From a virus, in IMG/VR virus record IMGVR_UViG_3300045988_142085, positions 64,001 to 128,000 of that record: a stretch of DNA of 64,000 nucleotides; one strand, written 5' to 3'. Under the pieces are notes generated by a model that had not been told where the DNA came from, did no database searches, and saw nothing but the letters and a program-made list of their open reading frames with translations. Below are positions 56,604-64,000 of this stretch, in pieces. Made by a program: the position numbers and the translations under genes. Positions within the stretch are counted from its first letter, which is position 1. The number at the start of each line of letters is the position of its first letter.

Positions 56604-56615
56604 AGTGTCTCCTTA

Positions 56616-57209
56616 TTACAAATAATTAATTCCGTTCATTTTAGCAATTTCTCGAGCACGATTACGAATCCAGTTACCACCTGCAGTATGTAAACCGTCT
56701 TCGGTGCGAGTATGACATTCAGGTACAAGAATATCGAGATCCCAACGTTCTGCCGGGTAATCGTATAAGTCTTGACGTGCTAAGCAACGTTCGCCATGAG
56801 TAAATACTTTGCTTAATGGTAAGCCCCAAGATACACAGCATAAATAAATGACAGTCGCCATAGCTTCAAGTTGTAAAGCATTAACGGGCTCCGGCCCCGG
56901 AGCGTAAGTCGAATATCCAGTGAATCCATCACCGTTTAATTCGGAGCTATAATTAGAACATGCCGAGATACCGAAATTGTTTGTATTTTCTCGGTAGCAA
57001 TGGCTCGCTCTATTATCTAAATCTTGCATTACATGCACGTTACCAGATCCATCGATACACATATGATAGTCATCGAACAACTGGTCATAATGACCAGCTG
57101 TCCAATGTAAAGTAATCATGGTGTTCGAAGAACCTTGTTGTTGAATAGTCGGATAAATATTTTTAATTACATTATCACGAACTTGTTTTAACTGTTCTTC
57201 GTATGTCAC
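56616..57209 (-). CDS. N-acetylmuramoyl-L-alanine amidase (Amidase_2/PGRP family)
   Basis: Has the HWTAGHY motif. Further candidate Zn ligands lie in ..HGERC.. and ..ECHTR.. Embedded within the tail fiber cluster. Confidence 0.65.
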   Translation of the reverse strand: MTYEEQLKQVRDNVIKNIYPTIQQQGSSNTMITLHWTAGHYDQLFDDYHMCIDGSGNVHVMQDLDNRASHCYRENTNNFGISACSNYSSELNGDGFTGYSTYAPGPEPVNALQLEAMATVIYLCCVSWGLPLSKVFTHGERCLARQDLYDYPAERWDLDILVPECHTRTEDGLHTAGGNWIRNRAREIAKMNGINYL

Positions 57210-57211
57210 TA

Positions 57212-58303
57212 TTATTCTCCTAAATCAAAAATCATAAAACCATTATCCATGCCACTGTTTTCAATATATTTCTTTTTACCTGTAGAGTCATACAAATATG
57301 TCTCTAACCTGGACGGACATTGATAAGCAGTAATATCTTTAAGATCTTCTGTGGTCACTTGACCACTTGTTATGTAATGTCTATCGGTGTCGACTTTATA
57401 ATATTTAATAGGATTATTGTTTTTAAATTCAATGGGCTTTTTAAAATTAATTTTAGAACTATTATCATTTTTAAGAACAGAATCTTTATCAAAATATAAT
57501 CCATCTTGATTATAATCTTTTGTTTGATTAAATAATTCAATAAATTTTTGACTTATAGAAGAAACAAAATCAGATGGAAAAATATATGAATTGTTAGCTA
57601 ATGTTTTATTGCTCCAATCGCGAATATATCCAAAATAAGTATCACTACTAGTTAATAAATTTTTAACAGTAAGAGGCACTTTTATCGTGGATTTTTTTTC
57701 GATCTTATGACCGTTAACATAAATATCGAATGGCGCCGTATTCTTAATAATAATTTTATTATTTAAAAATTCTGCTTTAAGAATATTTGACAAGTCATCA
57801 TTATATATTTTTTTAGAAATTAAAAATTTGTACAATCTATCTTCTTGTTCATAAGAAAGATCAAATGTTTTATTTTCAATATTTTTTTCTTCAGAAAAAG
57901 TATCGAAAGCTAAAGATGTATCTTTTTCTGCTTTAAATGGCGTAGATTGAATTAATAAATTTAAGAAAACTCCACCTTGAGGAGTTACTTTAGCATTTTT
58001 TAACGTAACGGTAGCTATACCATTATTATCAAAATTAGCATCTTTACCATTAATATTTGCATATGATTTAAATGGGCCAGATAATTTAACTATAATATCA
58101 GGACCATTAAAATCATAAGAAATAACTTCGATATTAGGGATACTTAAAACGCTATTAAATAGTCGTTGTACGTATAAATCTGTTTGGTTCGCAAACGGAA
58201 TATTTTTATCGGCTAAAAATTTCTCGAACTCAGGCTTAAAGCTTTTAGAGAATAAGCTAGCGATTAATTCAGAAATTTCTTGAATTTGATTGTTTTCAGG
58301 CAT
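57212..58303 (-). CDS. receptor-binding/tail fiber paralog 1 (363 aa)
   Basis: Shares an N-terminal ~100 aa (IQ.I.DEI....., APFPE, GPF.SY..IN) with the next two genes. Divergent C-terminus. Confidence 0.55.
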   Translation of the reverse strand: MPENNQIQEISELIASLFSKSFKPEFEKFLADKNIPFANQTDLYVQRLFNSVLSIPNIEVISYDFNGPDIIVKLSGPFKSYANINGKDANFDNNGIATVTLKNAKVTPQGGVFLNLLIQSTPFKAEKDTSLAFDTFSEEKNIENKTFDLSYEQEDRLYKFLISKKIYNDDLSNILKAEFLNNKIIIKNTAPFDIYVNGHKIEKKSTIKVPLTVKNLLTSSDTYFGYIRDWSNKTLANNSYIFPSDFVSSISQKFIELFNQTKDYNQDGLYFDKDSVLKNDNSSKINFKKPIEFKNNNPIKYYKVDTDRHYITSGQVTTEDLKDITAYQCPSRLETYLYDSTGKKKYIENSGMDNGFMIFDLGE

Positions 58304-58320
58304 ATTAAATTATCCTTATA

Positions 58321-59937
58321 TTATAATGAATCAAAATTTGTATCTGTTATAACGAAACCAGCGGCAGCTTCAAGCGTAAAATCATCAATAAAATCACTAT
58401 GCTCGCCAATTTTAAATATCAAATTATCTTGCGTTTCAGTATTATAGTTTATAATAAGATGATATGATCCATTCTTTTTATATACTTTAATAGAATTTGT
58501 CGATTTAATTTTATCGGAACCATTAATAATATTATAGTTATAAGCCGTTGTATATTGTTTATTTTGAGCGAATGGTACAATTCGTAATCCATTAGTATTT
58601 TTTGGTAAGTTTTGAGAACTTATTAAGTCGACAGCGCCAGACTCATCAGTTTCTTCTAATGTCTTAAAAACATTATCGATAACATATACATATTTACTTA
58701 TTTCAGTATTGTATCCATAGTCATTTTTTTGAAGGTTTACTTTGTTGCCATCAAAACCGAATTCTTTTAATTCGTCAAATGTATACCATTGATAAAAAAT
58801 ATCGTCGTTGTTAAATAATTGTTGAATACAATCTTTACTAAGTATTGTATTACTCCGATCATGTCGTTGTTCTTTCATCCAAGGATATTTGAAGTTATTT
58901 TTAATTTTTACTTTTACTTCTGTAGTCCCAGGCTTAATTTTAGACAACATACTTCCACGAATTTTATCGTCAAATTCCATTGATTTTTGCCCGACAGGAA
59001 TCGTAAAAGTTTCACCTAAATATTCTATTTCTAATGGTTCATAATATCGATTAACAATATGATGTGAATAACTAGGATTAGAACTAGAAAACAGTGATTG
59101 ATTTATAAAGAAATATCGCCCAAAAACACTCGGCACAGTATATATTGTTGAACCATCATTAGGAACTGGAATATTCTTTGTAGAATGAAGAGCGTCTTTA
59201 AATTTACCTTTATAGTCGGATACGACATCAATAGTTTCTTTTAATTCATCAAATGTTTCTGCTAATCGAACACCGTCTTCGATCGTTGCAATACCGCCGC
59301 TATCAGCAGTAAATTTTACGCCGTTAATTTCATATTTTTTATTCGGAAGCAATCCACTAACTTTAAGAATTTTAGGATCATCTTGATCAGGATATATAGA
59401 AACATTGTCAGAGAATAAAAGTCCTGATGGCTCTTCATAAAAAATATATCCAAATTTGACATAGTTTTTATTTCTATGTTCACTATCATCTGCTAAAGGA
59501 TAAGTAAAATTTTTAGAACAATTTTCTAGATATTTACTTTCTTCAGGTTTTTCATAGCCTTCAGGAAGATTTTTGTTCATAGGAACCCATAAAATTTTAG
59601 CATACGGGAAAGGATTTTCTGCATCTTGTCTTACTGTAATAGTTAAAGTACCAGATTCAGGAAATCTATACACAGTATCGTTGATTTCGATATAGCTAAA
59701 TGGTTGGCCACTGAACGTTAGAATATAATTATCATCTTGTTCAGTTACAATACCAATATTTACACCAATACCATAAGCGACACCAGCATTATTAAATATT
59801 CTTTTTAAATAATATTTTGTTTCTTCTGGGAATGGAGCATTAATATCTTCTAAAGCAGCTTTAACTAAAGAAAGAGTTGTATATGGTTTATAAGCCGTAA
59901 TTTCGTCAGCTATATTTTGTATTTTATTATCAGACAT
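58321..59937 (-). CDS. receptor-binding/tail fiber paralog 2 (538 aa)
   Basis: Paralogous N-terminus. Confidence 0.55.
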   Translation of the reverse strand: MSDNKIQNIADEITAYKPYTTLSLVKAALEDINAPFPEETKYYLKRIFNNAGVAYGIGVNIGIVTEQDDNYILTFSGQPFSYIEINDTVYRFPESGTLTITVRQDAENPFPYAKILWVPMNKNLPEGYEKPEESKYLENCSKNFTYPLADDSEHRNKNYVKFGYIFYEEPSGLLFSDNVSIYPDQDDPKILKVSGLLPNKKYEINGVKFTADSGGIATIEDGVRLAETFDELKETIDVVSDYKGKFKDALHSTKNIPVPNDGSTIYTVPSVFGRYFFINQSLFSSSNPSYSHHIVNRYYEPLEIEYLGETFTIPVGQKSMEFDDKIRGSMLSKIKPGTTEVKVKIKNNFKYPWMKEQRHDRSNTILSKDCIQQLFNNDDIFYQWYTFDELKEFGFDGNKVNLQKNDYGYNTEISKYVYVIDNVFKTLEETDESGAVDLISSQNLPKNTNGLRIVPFAQNKQYTTAYNYNIINGSDKIKSTNSIKVYKKNGSYHLIINYNTETQDNLIFKIGEHSDFIDDFTLEAAAGFVITDTNFDSL

Positions 59938-59950
59938 GTATACTCCTTAT

Positions 59951-61075
59951 TTATCTAATTGATGCTTTTATTAATTTTACGTTATTAGTAACGAAGATTG
60001 TCGGAGTAATTGATTTACCGATCATATTTCCGTCTTTATCGCAAACGAATAATGTTTTATTGTTTTCATCCATAGCAAGAACTTCAGCTTTGGATACAGG
60101 AACACCTAGAACAGCTTCAGTTTGAGGCGGTATTTTTATAACGGAGCTCATGAAATTAATATAATATCCGGCTGCGCCAAAGAAATTAAGATTAACAAGA
60201 TTTGGTCTAATTTTTGCTGGGAACTCTTTATCACTAGTTCTTTCGATATTGGTATTTATACCTAGTCGAACATTATTTAACTCATCTTGAGTTAAAAGAT
60301 TTGCAACAGTAACAGTCGATACATCTGTTCCTTCTGAATTTTTTATAACGGCTTGATTATAGTTAGAATTTTTATAAACCTTTAAAAATTCATCTAAATC
60401 AAATGGTACGTCAACATGATTATTTTCTACGACAATATGCTCTTGAGCATTAAATACTATTTTTACCGGTACATTAGAACTATTTGTAAATCTAATAAAT
60501 CTTTTAATAGTATTATTTTGAGTATCTTTTTCACTTACCCATTGAGCATTAACATTATATTCAGCAACAATGTTATTAATATGTTTCAATACGCCAATAA
60601 CAGGCTCTTCAATCATATCGTAAGTTCTTAATGATTCAGAAATTTCTACAGTATCGATAATATTTTGAGCTGTTTTACTGTTTGTATAACTAGTAGGTTT
60701 TTCTTTTTTATAAGGGAAATTAACTACAGAAAGATAAAAATTAAGAATATCGTCTGCTTTATTTAATGCTGGTACATTAAAATTAATTATTTTACCTTCG
60801 CTATTAAAATGAGTCGGAGTACCATTAATTTCGATATAGCTATCGAATGGACCTGTTAACGATACAATATATTCATTATTTTCTTTTCTAATAGAATTTA
60901 ATGTAACTTCATTAGGTTTTATTAATTCATATGGAAATAATAAATCTAAATAATGAGTAACGTTCTCAGGAAACGGTGCTTTCTTTTCTCTTAAAAAATC
61001 ACTAAAAATTTTAAAGAAAAATTTATTTTTATATTCTAGAATTTCATCAGAAATATTTTGTATTTGCTCGGACAT
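59951..61075 (-). CDS. receptor-binding/tail fiber paralog 3 (374 aa)
   Basis: Paralogous N-terminus. Confidence 0.55.
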   Translation of the reverse strand: MSEQIQNISDEILEYKNKFFFKIFSDFLREKKAPFPENVTHYLDLLFPYELIKPNEVTLNSIRKENNEYIVSLTGPFDSYIEINGTPTHFNSEGKIINFNVPALNKADDILNFYLSVVNFPYKKEKPTSYTNSKTAQNIIDTVEISESLRTYDMIEEPVIGVLKHINNIVAEYNVNAQWVSEKDTQNNTIKRFIRFTNSSNVPVKIVFNAQEHIVVENNHVDVPFDLDEFLKVYKNSNYNQAVIKNSEGTDVSTVTVANLLTQDELNNVRLGINTNIERTSDKEFPAKIRPNLVNLNFFGAAGYYINFMSSVIKIPPQTEAVLGVPVSKAEVLAMDENNKTLFVCDKDGNMIGKSITPTIFVTNNVKLIKASIR

Positions 61076-61085
61076 ATATATCTCC

Positions 61086-62279
61086 TTAACTTATACGTTT
61101 CCACATATTAACGACGATATATGGAGGCATATTATTATGTGGTTGATTTTTACCGGACGGCAAGAAATTATGAGTATGAGCTCCGCTTTCACTTGTTTCA
61201 CCAGTCCAAGATTTAGAGGCTTTAAACCATACTCTTTGACGTGGGTCTCCTTTGTTGCCAGCCGGACCAATTGTCTCATGTCGTTCATGATAGAATGCAC
61301 CATGAACACCATAATCAAAGTTACTTTGCAGTGCTCCTACAAAATCACCAGTGATATCCATTGTACCACGAGTATGAGTATGGCCACCAGCCATTTCTCC
61401 AGCGCCATGGTTATGAGAAGCTAATTCGTCTTCAGTTAGACGATGTTCTTTTTCGCCGCCAACTTCGTTAAGGTTAAAACCATCGCCGCTGTTAACAAGC
61501 ATACGACCTGCCGGCATTCTTTCCCATGTACCACCAAAAATAGCAGCTGGATCGACATTATTAATATTCATATAAATAGAACCGACCGGATATAATTGAC
61601 CAGCTAATCGGTTTAATTGATCCAAAGCTGAGCTTAATTTTTTATTTAACTGTCCGACAGTTACCACATCGTTAGCTTCGACTCCGTCGGCTACATTACT
61701 AATAATACGTTTAACTTCAGTGTTACCGACCGATATTTGATTAGCAAGCGCAGCAACCGAGTCTGCACCTAACGCAACACTGTTGTCACCAGTTGCCGAA
61801 GCATTAACGCCAACGGAAGTGCCACGACCCAAAATAGAATTACCGATAGACATTGCTTTATCTCGGAGCTTGTACGCAATTGTCGTAGCGATTTTTGGGC
61901 GACCGCTCTCATTAGATATAGAAATATTGTCGCCAGCAATAATGCCATTAATACCTGTTCTTTCATCGATCTCCTCTTTAGTATACGTTTCGTCACGGCC
62001 CATAAATAATTTAGCTGTTTGCGTCTTCGTATAATAAGGACTTAAATCGACTTCGGCACTAATTTCGTTATTACTATTAATGCTAATAGAGTTACCTGCT
62101 TTAAGTTTATTTTGTTTAGATTCTTTTAAATTTTGAATATCTTCAAAATTCTGAATCATCTCGTCGGGATCTTGAATATAGATCTCGCTTTTATTATATT
62201 TATTATTACTCTTAGCAGTCTTTAATTGCAAAGCACTTAAAATATTGACTTTAAGAGATTCAACTTTTAATTTATTCAC
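61086..62279 (-). CDS. tail fiber protein with C-terminal phage tail-collar domain
   Basis: PVGSIYMNINNVDPAAIFGGTWERMPAGRMLVN...EGGEKEHRLTEDELASHNH matches the tail-collar domain pattern (as in the T4 gp12 C-terminus). Confidence 0.65.
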   Translation of the reverse strand: MNKLKVESLKVNILSALQLKTAKSNNKYNKSEIYIQDPDEMIQNFEDIQNLKESKQNKLKAGNSISINSNNEISAEVDLSPYYTKTQTAKLFMGRDETYTKEEIDERTGINGIIAGDNISISNESGRPKIATTIAYKLRDKAMSIGNSILGRGTSVGVNASATGDNSVALGADSVAALANQISVGNTEVKRIISNVADGVEANDVVTVGQLNKKLSSALDQLNRLAGQLYPVGSIYMNINNVDPAAIFGGTWERMPAGRMLVNSGDGFNLNEVGGEKEHRLTEDELASHNHGAGEMAGGHTHTRGTMDITGDFVGALQSNFDYGVHGAFYHERHETIGPAGNKGDPRQRVWFKASKSWTGETSESGAHTHNFLPSGKNQPHNNMPPYIVVNMWKRIS

Positions 62280-62321
62280 GCTATAATCCTTTCATTAGTC
62301 GATATACATTATATTACAACA

Positions 62322-62972
62322 TTATTTAACTAATCTAAAGAAATTAATGCGATTTGCTAACATACAACGAGATGGATTCTTATAATTATTTAATCCTCTA
62401 AACTTATATCCTAAGTAAATACTTTTTTTAAATAATCGGCACCATCTGCGGTCATCTTTAATACAGAAAATTTTATTTTTCATGTCGACAGCAACATAAT
62501 AATCTTCTTGGTCGACATATACTTTAACGTCTCGAGGATGAACATGCATACCGAATATATAGTAAGCAAAGCCATATCCACAGTTTCGATATAACCAAGC
62601 ACATCGACATACATATCGTTGCCACCATTCTTTACGAGTAAAGTTAGCATCGATTACGTCGACATATCCCGGAATCATATATCCGTCGCCCTTATTTTCG
62701 AAATGGTATAAATAATGTTTATTAAAATCGTATTGAGCGAATTTCGGTACATTATTTTCATAGATCATCCAAGCCACATCGAGACAGTTATCATACGTTT
62801 GCCATAATTTAAAAATCTTAGGAAGATTACCTTTATTGTCGGCAAACAATACGACGAACCAGTTCGTTAAATAACATAGCATCATGCAGAGCAAATTTGC
62901 TCCGCACAACACTAACCATTTTAAATAATACTTATTCAGCATCATTTTTTTCCTTGTATGTACCAACTTCAC
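62322..62972 (-). CDS. hypothetical Cys/Trp/Tyr-rich protein with N-terminal TM helix
   Basis: ORF. Confidence 0.5.
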   Translation of the reverse strand: MKLVHTRKKMMLNKYYLKWLVLCGANLLCMMLCYLTNWFVVLFADNKGNLPKIFKLWQTYDNCLDVAWMIYENNVPKFAQYDFNKHYLYHFENKGDGYMIPGYVDVIDANFTRKEWWQRYVCRCAWLYRNCGYGFAYYIFGMHVHPRDVKVYVDQEDYYVAVDMKNKIFCIKDDRRWCRLFKKSIYLGYKFRGLNNYKNPSRCMLANRINFFRLVK

Positions 62973-63189
62973 TATTATATTTACTATTAATAAATTTATT
63001 AGCGATTTGGGTGGCAGCAGAACCGCCGCCAGTTAAACTAGCGAGAGTTTCATAATGTTGCCAGTTGTGACCGGTAGCAACTAAATATAAAGTTACTCCG
63101 ATCAACAAAAGCAACAAAGAGAAAGAGATGACGCGAGTATAACTTAATTGTTCGTTTTCAAATAACATCATTTTAAATATTTTAGTCAT
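62932..63189 (-). CDS. small single-pass membrane protein (holin-like candidate)
   Basis: One TM helix and a charged C-terminus. Near the lysis/fiber module. Confidence 0.4.
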   Translation of the reverse strand: MTKIFKMMLFENEQLSYTRVISFSLLLLLIGVTLYLVATGHNWQHYETLASLTGGGSAATQIANKFINSKYNSEVGTYKEKNDAE

Positions 63190-63703
63190 CTTTTTTTTCC
63201 CTCAATTTTAATTTTAATTCGCCAAAAGATACACTTTCAAATTTATCTAACACAGATTTATCGAGCTTAGAAATAATATCGTGATTATATTTAATCAGCA
63301 TATAGTTTTCTTTAAAGCTCCATAGCTCTGTAAGAACGATTGCAAGATAACACATAATAGATATAGCATCCATTAATTGTCCGAATCCGTTATGAACAGT
63401 GACCGGTATCTTTATAACATCGATACCGAAGGCAAATAAACATAATAAAGAATATTCAAACAACTTAAAAACAAAGCCGCGATAAAACACGCGGCTTGAT
63501 TTTTGTTGGCCCCATCCACCCCAGAACACATTAATTATTGTTTTATAGTGCCATAAGCTATGCTTCGTAACTGTTAAACTAAACAGTTTCATTATCGTAT
63601 CGATAATGATTAAAACAAACGTAATACAAAAAAACATAATTAAGCGTTCTACGGCGTCTGGAGCATAATTGTTTAAGAATATAAAGAAATTAAATAATTG
63701 CAT
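63182..63703 (-). CDS. membrane protein with 3-4 TM helices (holin-like candidate)
   Basis: Hydrophobic helices and a charged C-terminal tail. Confidence 0.4.
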   Translation of the reverse strand: MQLFNFFIFLNNYAPDAVERLIMFFCITFVLIIIDTIMKLFSLTVTKHSLWHYKTIINVFWGGWGQQKSSRVFYRGFVFKLFEYSLLCLFAFGIDVIKIPVTVHNGFGQLMDAISIMCYLAIVLTELWSFKENYMLIKYNHDIISKLDKSVLDKFESVSFGELKLKLREKKDD

Positions 63704-63763
63704 ATTCTTTTCCTTAAGTCTTTAGCGAGAGAAGATTATGAAACCTTAAGGAAAGATTTTAAA

Positions 63764-64000
63764 TTATTCACCCTTCAATGCTTTAATAGCATCGAGAATA
63801 GGTTGCAAGTCGGCTTGAGTAATGAAGCCTTTTTCTTTTAACTTAGTTTCGATATCTTCAAGTTTTAAGAATTTAGTTTCAGCTTCTAATTTAGTTTCGT
63901 ATGGAGTTAAATCGACTGCATGATCTTCGGCAACAATTCTAAGTTTAGATTTATTACCGTCAGCTGCATCTTCGAAAGATTGAACTGTAATGCCTTGACC
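63764..64000 (-). CDS. hypothetical protein, C-terminal 78 aa only (the gene starts beyond the window)
   Basis: Open minus frame from the window edge to a stop at 63764. Confidence 0.45.
   Translation of the reverse strand, partial: GQGITVQSFEDAADGNKSKLRIVAEDHAVDLTPYETKLEAETKFLKLEDIETKLKEKGFITQADLQPILDAIKALKGE

Noticed and set aside
61091-62034. Short minus- and plus-strand ORFs nested in the tail-collar fibre gene (61091-61318, 61769-61996, 61783-62034)
   Set aside because: Alternative frames inside a strongly supported 397-aa gene.

Overview
This 64 kb window is an AT-rich (~30% GC) segment of a large dsDNA phage from a Firmicutes-like host (strong AGGAGG ribosome-binding sites). Almost all genes are on the minus strand.

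Gene content, low to high coordinate:
- A nucleotide-metabolism and replication block (1-13200): gyrA-like (partial), DHFR, thymidylate synthase, a gyrB-like gene split by three ORF-less group I-like introns, SSB, a clpX gene split by two introns (one carrying a LAGLIDADG homing endonuclease), clpP, a guanylate-kinase-like gene and a P-loop ATPase.
- About 60 small co-directional genes of unknown function (13200-37200). Recognisable among them are a macro-domain protein, two YopX paralogs, a secreted 3D-domain protein and a TnpB-like protein.
- A 3.5 kb gene-free region (37197-40751) with three promoter-hairpin-terminator sRNA-like units, tandem repeats and a five-hairpin iteron-like array.
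- A virion block with higher GC (40752-49900), punctuated by a covarying terminator family.
- A tail-fibre and lysis module (52232-63703): a tail-collar fibre, a beta-helix tail spike, three receptor-binding-protein paralogs, an Amidase_2 lysin and holin-like membrane proteins.

The most unusual finding is two CRISPR-like mini-arrays on the minus strand (21027-21266 and 23693-23794). They have 36-nt repeats beginning GTTTTAGAGCTGT, 30-nt spacers, and ~135-nt conserved leaders ending ATTTGAGG-like, all typical of type II-A arrays. Each leader contains an anti-repeat that pairs with the first repeat. Array 1 sits 35 nt upstream of a TnpB-like gene that has lost its RuvC-II glutamate and its zinc-finger cysteines.
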